Below, in pieces: positions 30,122 through 40,238 of a stretch of 64,000 nucleotides of DNA. How positions within the stretch are numbered: the stretch's first letter is position 1; every line of letters starts with the position of its first letter. A model generated the notes under the pieces. The model ran no database searches. It saw nothing but the letters and a program-made list of their open reading frames with translations, and was not told where the DNA came from. A program made the translations under genes and the position numbers. This DNA is from an uncultured Chthonomonadaceae bacterium. GTDB taxonomy: Bacteria; Armatimonadota; Chthonomonadetes; Chthonomonadales; Chthonomonadaceae. The stretch lies in assembly GCA_963817895.1 (NCBI GenBank), contig CAWFQB010000005.1, positions 768,001-832,000 on the forward strand. The letters run 5' to 3'.

Positions 30122-30785
30122 CTACTTTTTCAGTTTGGATTTGAACTTCTGGCGGAACTCGGCGATTTCGGGCGCGATGACGTTTTTGCAGTAGCCCTGT
30201 TCCGGGTGCAGGTTGTAGTAGTTCGTGTGGTAATCCTCGGCGCGGTAGAAGGTTCGTGAACGGCTGCACCTTGACGACAATCGGGTTGGGCCATACTTTT
30301 TTCTGCGTGAACTTCTGTATCATCTCTTCCGCCGCCTGCTTCTGCTCGGGCGTCCGGTAGAAGATGATGGAACGGTACTGCGGCCCCTCGTCGTTGCCCT
30401 GCCGGTTGACGCTGGTTGGGTCGCGCACGGTCAGCAGCACTTCCAACAGGTCGCGGTACGTAATCACTTTCGGGTCGAAGGTGATGTTCAGGGTTTCGGC
30501 GTGGCCGGTCGTTCCCGTTTCCACCTGCTCGTAGGTGGGTTTGGCGACTTTGCCGCCCGCGTACCCGGATTCGGCCTTTTCCACGCCCTTCAACTGGTTG
30601 AAAATGGCTTCCATGCTCCAGAAGCATCCTGCCGCGAATGTCGCCACCTCCTTGCCCCCGGAACCTCCGGCGGGCGGTTTGGGCGCTGCCATCAGCGACG
30701 GGGCCAAAATGCCCGTCAAAAGCATTGTCATTGCGCCCGCAAAAAAAGTTCGGCGCGTATGTCGCGTGTTTCGTTGAATGTTCAT
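30122..30785 (-). CDS. msrA: Exported peptide methionine sulfoxide reductase A; frameshift near 30250
   Basis: AGCFWSME, GYAGG, TGHAE, QGNDEGPQYRS; the shifted frame gives FYRAEDYHTNYY..GYC..stop at 30122; twin-Arg-like signal TRRTFF. Confidence 0.92.
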
Positions 30786-30904
30786 TGGTTGCTGTTCTCC
30801 TGTTTTATGTGCGGATACCTGATTAACAAATACGCGCCGGAAGAAGTTCCCATTCCCGAATACGAGCGTAAATCAATCGCTTCCGCCCTGTTGGTATCAG
30901 GTGA

Positions 30905-32276
30905 TTACGGTTTTGGAGGGTGCGCGAGATAATCAGGCATGGGATAGTGGAACACGGGCGCGTAACTGTCGTCGGGCTTGCGGGCAGGCGTTCCGCCGTC
31001 GAACTTGCCGGTTTCTCCCACACTGTATACGACAAACCCTTTGCCTTCGTGACGATAGCGTAGCGGTTTGCCATCAAACGGGTCGGCGGGAACCGTTTTC
31101 ATAATCTGGTTCAGCGTGTCTGGAAATTGGCCGCGCTGCTGTTTCCACGCCAGCACGGACGCGGCAGCGCGGACTACAGCCGCCTGCGCCCGGTTTTGAG
31201 CCTGCTTTGTTGCCGCCTGCGCGAAAACCGGGAGAAAAACGCCTGTTAGAACGTAGTTGCTGTCGTCCTTCTTGCTTTCCAGCCGCGCCTCTGTCGCCTT
31301 CAACGGAGGACGCGCTTCCCAAAAAGGCAGGTCTACCGTCAGGGCCGTTTGTTTGATTTCTCGCAACAGAACACTCTCATTGTTGTTAAGAAATTTCTGC
31401 CAGTTGGCGGATTGCTGTAGGCCGAACCTTTGCGCCTGTCCCTTGAAGCCATCACCCTCCAACACGCCTCCCCAATCTTTCAGAGAACCCGGCCCCGCTT
31501 TTCGTAACCGTTCTATTTCCACGGTCGCCATGACAAACTCGCCGCCCATTCCATATTTAAGGCTATGCGGCTTCCAGTGTTGCGCAATGGCCTGTTCCAC
31601 CGCCTGCGCTACACCGGGCTGTTCTCCAGAAGCGTACAGAACTTTTTCCATGCCGCGCAGGGTGATTGCGTCCAGCGCGATGGCGACAAGGTTGGCGATG
31701 ATTATCGGGTCGGAATCGGCATGTTGCGCCATCTGAAACCCCAGTGACTGATTTTGAATGGCGTCCAGCGGTTTGCCATCCGCCAGCAGGAGTGTACTCT
31801 CCGCCGTCAATGCGCGAATGCCCGCCCTCATTCTCGCGTATTCCGGCAGCAGCAGGCTCGCGCCCTGCGCATAATTGCGGTTAAAATCGCAGTACGGACG
31901 CTTCGCCGCCGCATGTACTCGCGTTAGAATGTCCTGACGATGCTGTACCGCCTGCCGCAACTGTTCCTGTTCCTGCGGAGTTGGTAATTTAACGCCCCGA
32001 ATATCATCCAGAACACGATCCGCGCCCGTGAGAGGATTGGCCGAATAGTAGTTATTCAACTGCACATACAGGGGCGCGGCGTTCTGCTCGTCCGGCGGCA
32101 GAGGACGGGCAAGGTCGCGGGGTTCGAGGGGCAGGCCCGCCGCGCGAACCTCCGCTTTCACCTGCGCCAGTTCCCACGCGCTGCGTTTGTCGAGATACAC
32201 AAACGCGCCGACAAACAGCCCGCCCAACACCAGCAGCAGCGTAGCGAGAATGATAAGCCAACCGAAAGCGTTTCAT
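30905..32276 (-). CDS. Membrane-anchored hypothetical protein, paralog B; one extra T near 32265
   Basis: GGAGG-ATG at 32276 gives MKRFGWLIILATLLLVLGG if one T is removed; motifs NAAPLY and DPFDGKPLRY..GFVVYSVG..DGG. Confidence 0.8.
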
Positions 32277-32291
32277 GCGATATCCTCCGTC

Positions 32292-33683
32292 CTATGGCGT
32301 TGGCGCGGGCGTGGAAACAGCGGCGGGTGGAGTCTGCGTATAATACGCGGGCATCGGGAAACGGAACACGCTCTCATTACTGTTCGGCCTTTTGTTCGCC
32401 GCGCCGCCATCGAATTTGCCCGTCGGCCCCACACTGTACACCACAAAACCGTTGCCCTCCTGCCGATAGCGCAAAGTCTGACCGTCAAATGGATCAGTCG
32501 GAATGCTCGCCATTGCCTGTGACAGTTCGGCAGGAAACGCGCCATGCTTCTGCCGATAAGCCATAATTGCCGCCGCTGAAGAAACAACCGCTTTTTGCGC
32601 TTCCCCCTGTGTCTGTTTGGTCAGCGCCTGCGAGTAGACAGAAAACATGACTGCGGCAATCGAGCGTGTCGGCAGCCGTTCAAAGCGCGTAAACTCGTGT
32701 TCCAAAGCGTCCATTTTGGCGTGGCTTTCACGCGGCGGCAGGGCGGATACGGCAATGGCGCTGTGCAGAAACTGTAGCCAGTACAACTCATTGGCGGATA
32801 CAATGGCTTTGCCCATGAAAGTAGGCGGACGATGGAAAGCAACCCTGACATTTTCGCCTGATTTCTCGTCCTCATCGCGCAGGGTTCCGTTCGCAATCTG
32901 GTCAAACGTCACTTCACCCACAACAACCTCGCCGCGTATGCCGTCCGTCATGTTCACGGTTTTCCAGTTGTCCTCAATGGCTTTCTCGACGGCTGTGGCA
33001 ATGCCCGGCTGATCGCCCGCCGTATACAAAACACGTTCCATGAAGCGCAGCGTTATGGCATTGAGGGCAATGCCGACGAGTTTGCCGATCATAAAGGAAT
33101 CAGTGTTCGTATGCTGCGCCATCTGAAATCCGAGAGTTTCGTTGCGTATGGCGTCCAGTGGTTTGCCGTCGTACAGCAGGAGGGCGCTTTCGTTTGTCAG
33201 GACGCGCAGGCCACCGCGCATGGGCGCGTACTCTGGAAACAGCAGATTGTAGCCCAGCCCGTAGTCGCGATTGAAGTTACATTCCGGCTTTTGCGCGGCC
33301 TGATGTACCAGCGTGACGACATCCTGCCGCTGCGCTAAAGCGGCGCGCGCCTGCCGCATATTGTCTGATGTTGAGGGTACGTCGCGCTTTACTTCGTTGA
33401 GAACTTCGCCGTCGCCGCGCAGGGGTTTGGCTTTCAGCAATTGCGTCAACTGTTCATAAACGGGTGCGGCGTTGCGGTCAGTCGGCGGCATGGGACGCTT
33501 CAAATCGGCAGGCGTGAGCGGCAAACCTTCTTTCCGCATTTGTTGCCTGATTTCCGTCAACCCGCGCTGGCTCGACCATTCCACCCAACCTGCCCACAGG
33601 GGAACGCCTAATGTAAAAGACAATCCAACGATATGTAATCGCTTGACAAACTTCTTCCATTTTGTATTTATTTTCATCAGCAT
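32292..33683 (-). CDS. Membrane-anchored hypothetical protein, paralog A
   Basis: N-terminal TM helix, NAAPVY, LLFPEYA, DPFDGQTLRY..GFVVYSVG..DGG; clearly homologous to the neighbouring gene. Confidence 0.85.
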   Translation of the reverse strand: MLMKINTKWKKFVKRLHIVGLSFTLGVPLWAGWVEWSSQRGLTEIRQQMRKEGLPLTPADLKRPMPPTDRNAAPVYEQLTQLLKAKPLRGDGEVLNEVKRDVPSTSDNMRQARAALAQRQDVVTLVHQAAQKPECNFNRDYGLGYNLLFPEYAPMRGGLRVLTNESALLLYDGKPLDAIRNETLGFQMAQHTNTDSFMIGKLVGIALNAITLRFMERVLYTAGDQPGIATAVEKAIEDNWKTVNMTDGIRGEVVVGEVTFDQIANGTLRDEDEKSGENVRVAFHRPPTFMGKAIVSANELYWLQFLHSAIAVSALPPRESHAKMDALEHEFTRFERLPTRSIAAVMFSVYSQALTKQTQGEAQKAVVSSAAAIMAYRQKHGAFPAELSQAMASIPTDPFDGQTLRYRQEGNGFVVYSVGPTGKFDGGAANKRPNSNESVFRFPMPAYYTQTPPAAVSTPAPTP

Positions 33684-33733
33684 TGGTTCTCCATTTGCGT
33701 TCATTCGCGCGTATTCGCGGCTAAACTCTGTTT

Positions 33734-35221
33734 TTAATTCTCCGGGTACAGCAGATACGGCTGGCGGCGAATACGAAAATCAGACGCGGCCTGATTCCAC
33801 TCTTCCCACAATTGAGCGGCGGATTTTTGTTGTACCACGCCTTTGCGTACCGCATCCGTGCCGTTGACCAGATCGAACATGCGGGTCTGCTCTTTGTTCG
33901 TGAAGAAGTGCAGGTTTGGCATCACCTTGCGGGAGGCGTCTATCAATTCAAAGTTCAGGCGGCACAGTTCCGCGCGGCTTCTGTCTGTTAGTATAATATG
34001 GACGCCCGAACACAGTTTACCCGCATAAACGCCGTGCGCGGGAGTCCATTCTGCGGGAACGAAACGGACGCCGGGTAGAGCGCGTTGGGTCAGTTCCGCC
34101 GTATACGCCTGCGCGTTCATGCCGGGAGCGCCCGCGTACTCGAACGGCAGGGGAGTCCCAATGCCGATACTCAGCGCGGGCAATTCCCCCACCTGTCCGG
34201 TTGCGGCGTAAAACAGAGCCGTTCTCGCAAACGGCACATGCGGGCTGGGCGCGATCCATTTCAAGCCCGTTTCGTTCCATATCATGCCGCGCTTCCAATT
34301 TTGCATCGGCACGACGGTCAGAACACATTTAGCGCCCCCGGCCATATATTTTTCGCCGTTGAGCAGCCGCGCCAGTTCTCCGACTGTCAGCCCGTGCAGA
34401 TAGGGAACCGGGTACTTGCCCACAAACGACCGGAACGCAGGGGTTGGAATGTTGCCCTCGATGCGATTGCCGCCGGAGGGGTTAGGCCGGTCCAGCACAA
34501 CAAAAGCGAGATGGTTTTCCGCTGCGGCTTCCATGCACAGGCCGAGCGTGCTGATGTAGGTATAGGAGCGGGAACCTATGTCCTGAATATCGAAGACCAG
34601 TGTATCCAGATTACGAAGCATCGCGGGCGTCGGCTTCTGTGTTTTGCCGTACAGCGAGTAAACGGGCAGGCCGGTTACGCTATCGCGACTGTCGCCCACT
34701 TTCGCGCCCGCAGATGCCCGCCCGCGCAGGCCGTGTTCCGGGCTGAACAGGGCCAAAAGCTGAAAACTTCCCTGCCCGGTTGCGTTGCCCGGTTTGTTTT
34801 CGACCTGCCCCGACGCCTCTTTTCCTGACGCCTCTTTTCCTGATACGTCTTTCCCTGTTGCTGATTTTCCGGCTTCTTCCGGCGTTGATTCAACCTGCAC
34901 CCGTTGCTTTGAAGCCTGAAACAGCAGGTCAATGCCGCTTTTGCCGTTCCGCGCGATACCCGTCTGGTTGGTAATCAGGCCCACGCGCTTGCCCCGTAAC
35001 GGCGCAAAGTTCTGCGCAATCAGCACATCCAGCCCGGTTCTTGTCCCACTTGTTTCCGCTATGGGTTCCTGCCGCGCCGCCTGTCCCGGCGCAATGGTAC
35101 ACGCGCAAAAAAGCAGACAAAAGAGTACAAATTTTCTGATAAATGCTTGACGGCTTCGGCGCAATATGCTATGATACTCCCGCATGGTACAAATGACGGC
35201 GTAATTTTGTTTCGGTTTCAC
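33734..35221 (-). CDS. DUF1343 / NamZ-like exo-beta-N-acetylmuramidase
   Basis: GKRVGLITNQTG, LFSPEHGLRG, SLYG, FDIQDIGSRSYTY, VLDRPNP; start uncertain. Confidence 0.9.
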   Translation of the reverse strand: MKPKQNYAVICTMREYHSILRRSRQAFIRKFVLFCLLFCACTIAPGQAARQEPIAETSGTRTGLDVLIAQNFAPLRGKRVGLITNQTGIARNGKSGIDLLFQASKQRVQVESTPEEAGKSATGKDVSGKEASGKEASGQVENKPGNATGQGSFQLLALFSPEHGLRGRASAGAKVGDSRDSVTGLPVYSLYGKTQKPTPAMLRNLDTLVFDIQDIGSRSYTYISTLGLCMEAAAENHLAFVVLDRPNPSGGNRIEGNIPTPAFRSFVGKYPVPYLHGLTVGELARLLNGEKYMAGGAKCVLTVVPMQNWKRGMIWNETGLKWIAPSPHVPFARTALFYAATGQVGELPALSIGIGTPLPFEYAGAPGMNAQAYTAELTQRALPGVRFVPAEWTPAHGVYAGKLCSGVHIILTDRSRAELCRLNFELIDASRKVMPNLHFFTNKEQTRMFDLVNGTDAVRKGVVQQKSAAQLWEEWNQAASDFRIRRQPYLLYPEN

Positions 35222-35274
35222 TTTCTCACCCTTTTCACACTTTCATACTTATCGCCATGCGCAAGGAGTTTGCC

Positions 35275-35707
35275 ATGAAGTTGTTGAACGTTCGTCTGCT
35301 TGTCAGCGACATGAATGCCAGCCTCGCGTTTTACCGCGACACAGTTGGGATTTAAGCAGTTGTTCGTTGATCCCGATGGGGATTACACGGAACTCTCGGC
35401 GGGCCAGTCCGTCACGATTGCCCTGTTCGGCAAAACCCACATGGCCGAGGCTGTCGGAACGGCGCACAGGCCCGCCAGTTCCGAACATCAGGATACCTTC
35501 GTTATCGCCTTTGAAGTGGACAACGTAGACGAAACCGTTGCGCAACTGGAAGCGAAGGGCGTTGTCATAGATACGCCCGCGCAGGATCGCCCCCTGTGGA
35601 TGATGCGAACCGCCCATTTGCGCGACCCGGACGGCAACCTGATCGAAATTCTGGCCGGACTTGCGCCCGCGCCCGAAGCCAGCGTTGCCGAGGCGATTGC
35701 GGCGTAG
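35275..35707 (+). CDS. VOC/glyoxalase family protein; frameshift near 35342
   Basis: AAGGAG-ATG MKLLNVRLLVSDMNASLAFYRD joins LGF..FEVDNVD..LRDPDGNLIEI. Confidence 0.88.
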
Positions 35708-35708
35708 T

Positions 35709-35770
35709 TACCTCACCCCAACCCCTCTCCTGGCCGCGCAACGCGCCAGGAGAGGGGTTGGGGTGAGGTA
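35709..35770. repeat. REP-like palindrome of the CCTCACCCC..CCCTCTCC / GGAGAGGG type
   Basis: tacctcaccccaacccctctcctgg-ccgcgcaacgcg-ccaggagaggggttggggtgaggta; related copies at about 41613-41690 and 47069-47120. Confidence 0.8.
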
Positions 35771-35808
35771 TATTAAAGTACATTCTTTCGCAAAGGAACC
35801 AACAAGCC

Positions 35809-37245
35809 GTGCCATCTGTTTCCCATCTTCATTATAATAGGTTCAAAACCGCTGCTGCGATTGCCTGCCTGCTTGCCGCTGCTGTTGCGCCGACAATAGC
35901 GCAGGATAAAGTCGCGTATCCGCCGCCGAAAAATGTGGGCGATCCGGCTACGCTTGGCCTGAATATTCAGCGGACGATGACGCTGCTGGCTTCCAGTACG
36001 CACACACATCGCAACACCGTGAAAATTCTATTTTACGGGCAGTCTATTACGGAACAAAGTTGGTGGCAGAATGTGGCGGACGATTTGAAACGCCGCTTTC
36101 CGAACGCCAATCTTATCATTGAGAACCGGGCGCTGGGCGGTTACTCGTCACAACTGCTGGTGAAAACAGCGGAGTCCGACCTGTACCCGTTTTATCCCGA
36201 CCTGATGATTTTTCACGTTTACGGGGCGCACGACAAGTACGAGGATATTATACGCCGAACCCGGGAACAAACTACAGCCGAGGTTCTGATACAAACCGAC
36301 CATGTGACGCGGGATGAAGACTTGACCGAAGAAACCGACCCGGCCAAACTGCGTCCGGACGGCAAAATCTGGAACTCGTTTATGAACTACCTGCATCTGC
36401 CCGCTGTCGCCAAAAAGTACCATTGCGGGCTGGTAGATCAGCGCAACCTGTGGAAGCAATACCTGCGCGACAACCACGTTCACGCCGCCGCGCTGCTTCA
36501 GGACGGCGTTCACCAGAACGCTTACGGCAATTATCTGATGAGCGAACTGGTCAAGGCGTACCTTGTGCCGCGCCCGGACGCGCATATTGACCCGATGAAC
36601 TGCGACACGGTTAAAACAAGTGAAATCGGCAAGGACGTTCGCAAGCTGACGAAGACATTCGAGGGCAACCGCGTTGATTTTATCGCGCGTGGTGGCGCTT
36701 CCACGCTCACCAACATTCGCATTGACGGCAAAAAACCATCAGAAATTCCGCAATTGTATGGATTCACGCGGGCATTGGCGACACCGGGCGGCAAATGGCC
36801 CGTGATTTTGAAAGTGGGTTCGGAGAGGCTGCTACAGTTGGAAGACTGGACTATGGATGTAACCAAAGACCCCGCCGATCCCAAACAGTTCACGTTTACG
36901 CTGTCAGGATCGAAAACGGGGCCGGACGGTTCGGGCCGTTCGGATCAGCGCTTTGTATCCAAATCGGGGCGCGTTGTGATTGAGCCGGAGGATTGGAACG
37001 TGGAATTCGCGCTGATGCTGCCGGGTATCAAGCCCGTGCCGGACAAGTTTACGGTTCACTGGAGCGTGGTTCCGCATTTTTCAGACACGTTCACCGCGCC
37101 CGCCCACCCGGACAAAACAACAGAAACCGTCGTCACCATCGCGCAGGGATTGACTAACGGCAAACACACGCTGGAAATCACCAGAAGCGGCAACACGCCC
37201 CTGCTTGCCATTCGCGTCTACCGCCCGCCCGTCACCGCGCAGTAG
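35809..37245 (+). CDS. Secreted SGNH/GDSL hydrolase family protein
   Basis: Signal peptide, LFYGQSIT, NRALGG, DGVH. Confidence 0.8.
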   Translation: MPSVSHLHYNRFKTAAAIACLLAAAVAPTIAQDKVAYPPPKNVGDPATLGLNIQRTMTLLASSTHTHRNTVKILFYGQSITEQSWWQNVADDLKRRFPNANLIIENRALGGYSSQLLVKTAESDLYPFYPDLMIFHVYGAHDKYEDIIRRTREQTTAEVLIQTDHVTRDEDLTEETDPAKLRPDGKIWNSFMNYLHLPAVAKKYHCGLVDQRNLWKQYLRDNHVHAAALLQDGVHQNAYGNYLMSELVKAYLVPRPDAHIDPMNCDTVKTSEIGKDVRKLTKTFEGNRVDFIARGGASTLTNIRIDGKKPSEIPQLYGFTRALATPGGKWPVILKVGSERLLQLEDWTMDVTKDPADPKQFTFTLSGSKTGPDGSGRSDQRFVSKSGRVVIEPEDWNVEFALMLPGIKPVPDKFTVHWSVVPHFSDTFTAPAHPDKTTETVVTIAQGLTNGKHTLEITRSGNTPLLAIRVYRPPVTAQ

Positions 37246-37737
37246 GGAAAAGGAGGCAGGAACGGGGGAGAACGCGGATACCGGGCTATTGGGTTTGCGC
37301 GAGGATGGGAACATTCAATTGTTCGCCATTGGGCAGGGTTACGGTCACTCGCGTTGAGATCGGGCAGGTTGTGTTAAATCAGTATCCGGCGGGCGCGCTG
37401 CTCCGGCGTTGTCGCTGAACGTCGTGGACGCTCGCCCGCTAAAGTCGCTAAATCGCTGAACAAACAGCAATTTAATTGCTATCTATACTGTTCAACTTCT
37501 ATCAAGTATCATCTGAACACTCCACTGATTCTATGTGGAATTTTGCGGCAACCAGCGGACTTACAATCTTCCGCAGATACCCGCTGAAATCAGTGAAGGG
37601 CTGCCCCTCGATTAATCTTTTTCTGTCGGCATCCAGAATGGCAAACAGAAATTGATGATGTTGTACTCATGGGTGTACAGCAGGCTCAGTCTGGCATTAT
37701 GCCGTTATTGCGTAGCGTCGAGCCGTCAAGAGTGTAT

Positions 37738-38787
37738 TCAGTCCACTGATGGCGGATTGGAACTACTGGAACGCAGTAATTGATGTGGCTCTGTACCGGC
37801 GCTTTCCTGAGCAGGACGAACTAATATACGGCTGCTCTCCGAAACGCTCTGACTGGCGCGCAACAGCATTCTGGAAGCGTTTTCCTGTTGTTGACGTTGC
37901 TGTAAAACTGGCAGAACGTGTATGGCTAAACTTCGCGCCTGTTCAGAGCGACCTTTTACAGCGGTTCGCTCGACAGACCGAACCGCATTACCGTCACCCA
38001 CTTTGATTAGCGCTTCCAGAATAGTTAGCTGTAGAACCGCCTCTGCATGATCCAGTATATGGCATAAGCCGGAGATTGTTTCGGAAGAGAAAGAACCGTA
38101 GTGTTCGGGCGTCAAAGAAGGCAATACCAGCGGAAGCGCATCAAGCGCGGCATTACGTACCACTAAACTGCTGTCCTTTGTCGCTTTTGTAATAACGCCT
38201 AAAAAGGAGGCTTGTTTCAGGTATCCCAATGCTGCAACTGCCGCCGCGCGCACCCTGTTGGCATACAGGGCGTCGAAGAGACAGAACAAGGGCAGGAACA
38301 AGGGAGCCACAGCACATGTTACTATCAACATCATGCGCAACATTATGAAACTATACCAGTTGCCCTCTCCTGCAAGCCAATCAAAATGGTACAACAGATA
38401 GCAGAACATTGCTGCCAGAAACAGCAGAGTACGCGCTAAACCGTTTCCTACCCGCCGCCGCAAGCAGTACTTTGGTGTGGGCAGCCGTTTTTCGACAATC
38501 GAGATGAGAGTTGTCGCCGCCCGTTCTTGTTCTGCCGTATTCATGGAGATGTGGCGCAACAGCCATATCGTAAGCCAGCACTCATCCCACACAGGCCGCA
38601 ACAGGTTCCTGGAGAAAAGCAGGTCTGTATCCGTGAGCCGTGTTTGCGCGTAAGCCATTTGTCCGGGCGTGAGAGGCTGTTGGTTCTCCAGAGCCATGAT
38701 AATCTCGCGCAGAGTGGCGTTCTTCAGGCGTTTTCTCGCCTGCCGAAACATCCGAGCATCGGAGCAACTTGTAAACAGATCAGTCAT
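37738..38787 (-). CDS. Membrane protein with HEAT repeats
   Basis: Two TM helices, then VRAAAVAALG and VRNAALDAL; C-terminal LLRAS motifs. Confidence 0.75.
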   Translation of the reverse strand: MTDLFTSCSDARMFRQARKRLKNATLREIIMALENQQPLTPGQMAYAQTRLTDTDLLFSRNLLRPVWDECWLTIWLLRHISMNTAEQERAATTLISIVEKRLPTPKYCLRRRVGNGLARTLLFLAAMFCYLLYHFDWLAGEGNWYSFIMLRMMLIVTCAVAPLFLPLFCLFDALYANRVRAAAVAALGYLKQASFLGVITKATKDSSLVVRNAALDALPLVLPSLTPEHYGSFSSETISGLCHILDHAEAVLQLTILEALIKVGDGNAVRSVERTAVKGRSEQARSLAIHVLPVLQQRQQQENASRMLLRASQSVSESSRILVRPAQESAGTEPHQLLRSSSSNPPSVD

Positions 38788-38910
38788 AAAACCACTCCAA
38801 TCAACGGATGTTTTAGATGCCTTGAAGATTTTGATGGTGTTTGTAATAGAACCTGTCTTAAAGGCGAGTTTATGAGTTTGTCGTAATCATCTAAGCCATT
38901 CCATTTCTTG

Positions 38911-39141
38911 TTATTCATTCAGGCTTACCGGACCGGATATATCCAGTAGATTCCAGTCGCAACTATAACCGTTTTCTTCTATATACACCCAATAAACCTT
39001 AAAATTGGTTTTGAGGATTGGCTCATCCTGCCACCAAAAAGCATCACATTCAGCACAAATCTTGATGGCTGTCTGGAGCGGCGTCACGAGAGCATTGACC
39101 ACATAATCTTGCGAACATCTGGGACAATCCACTTTTGACAT
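38911..39141 (-). CDS. Small zinc-ribbon-like protein
   Basis: CPRC..CAECDAFW; GAGG RBS. Confidence 0.65.
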   Translation of the reverse strand: MSKVDCPRCSQDYVVNALVTPLQTAIKICAECDAFWWQDEPILKTNFKVYWVYIEENGYSCDWNLLDISGPVSLNE

Positions 39142-39194
39142 GCGAGTACCTCATCCACAACGGAATGTTCCAACAGCGGCGATGAAGGCTTCTG

Positions 39195-39536
39195 TTATGG
39201 CGAACGTTTAGCGCGGAGCCATTTCAAGAAACGTCGCAGGGGATTGCGGCGGCGAGTCTCGAAGCGCTTGATGTAAACCTCCGTGTTCTCTGCTGTGCCG
39301 GTAACATGCAATGAGCCATCTTCTTTATCTACAATGATCGGCGCGTTACCGTAAACAGCTTCGTTCAAGTCGCCAGTGTCCAGAAACTTCCGCGAATTGT
39401 AGAAGAACACCCAACCGTACTCCTTCGTAATGGTATGTTCGTCCATGACGACAAGGGAATTGTCAGGTTTGTATTTGTATGTATTGATGTACTCTGTGAC
39501 GAGTAACTTTGCTGTTTCTCGGTTCAGCATAGACAT
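39195..39536 (-). CDS. YrhB/Imm35-like immunity protein
   Basis: YGWVFFYNSRKFLDTGD..GNAPIIVDKEDGS. Confidence 0.8.
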   Translation of the reverse strand: MSMLNRETAKLLVTEYINTYKYKPDNSLVVMDEHTITKEYGWVFFYNSRKFLDTGDLNEAVYGNAPIIVDKEDGSLHVTGTAENTEVYIKRFETRRRNPLRRFLKWLRAKRSP

Positions 39537-39548
39537 CTCGCATAGCGA

Positions 39549-40043
39549 TTACTTTGCGCCGACGGCCCGAAGCAAAGAAACCACTTTAGGGTCATAGCCA
39601 GTCGGCTTGAACTCCTCTTTGTCTGTTTGCAACGCCCACCATAGAGCGCTTCTGCCAAGTTTGTCATGTGCATTGACATCTGCCCCAGCGTTAATCAACG
39701 CTTTCACCATTGTCATTTGTCCGTCACTGGCAGCCGTCATCAATGCGGTCGTGCCATCTTCTTCGTACTTCGCGTTGACATCGGCATGATGCGCAATCAA
39801 GGTTCGGACTACATCCACATTCCAATTTTGTACGGCAAACATGAGCGGTGTTCTGCCATTGTCATCAGCGTTCACGTTGGCCCCCAGGTACAGCGTCAGG
39901 TTTACTACTGTCGCATTGCCGTCTTCAGCCTCATAGAAGAGAACTCCATTGACCAGGACAAAATATATCAGCAGGAGAATGAGCGTTAGCAGAAGCCAGC
40001 CTGCTCCACTATTCTTTACTTTATGGGAAACTAAGGAATTCAT
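39549..40043 (-). CDS. Ankyrin repeat protein with N-terminal TM helix
   Basis: GRTPLMFAV, GTTALMTAA, GADVNA. Confidence 0.9.
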   Translation of the reverse strand: MNSLVSHKVKNSGAGWLLLTLILLLIYFVLVNGVLFYEAEDGNATVVNLTLYLGANVNADDNGRTPLMFAVQNWNVDVVRTLIAHHADVNAKYEEDGTTALMTAASDGQMTMVKALINAGADVNAHDKLGRSALWWALQTDKEEFKPTGYDPKVVSLLRAVGAK

Positions 40044-40238
40044 AGTTTTGCCCCCGCCTGCTTCAAAATTGCGACAATATCACAACCATATTTCATTATA
40101 TACGGACGGTTCCTGCATTATCAGCCATCCGCAATACGTTTTTTTTGAAGAGGGCGCGAACAGGCAGGAAAATGCGCCCGGTAAACGCGAATAGGGACGA
40201 GGATTGCACAGGTTTGCGTTTTGAAGGAAAAGAAATTT

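Noticed and set aside
34805..34870. 15-nt tandem repeat (SGKEA) in the NamZ-like gene
   Set aside because: Short low-complexity linker expansion with no evidence of a separate element
37246..37737. ~490-nt gap between convergent genes as a possible ncRNA or tRNA
   Set aside because: No tRNA cloverleaf or recognisable RNA motif visible
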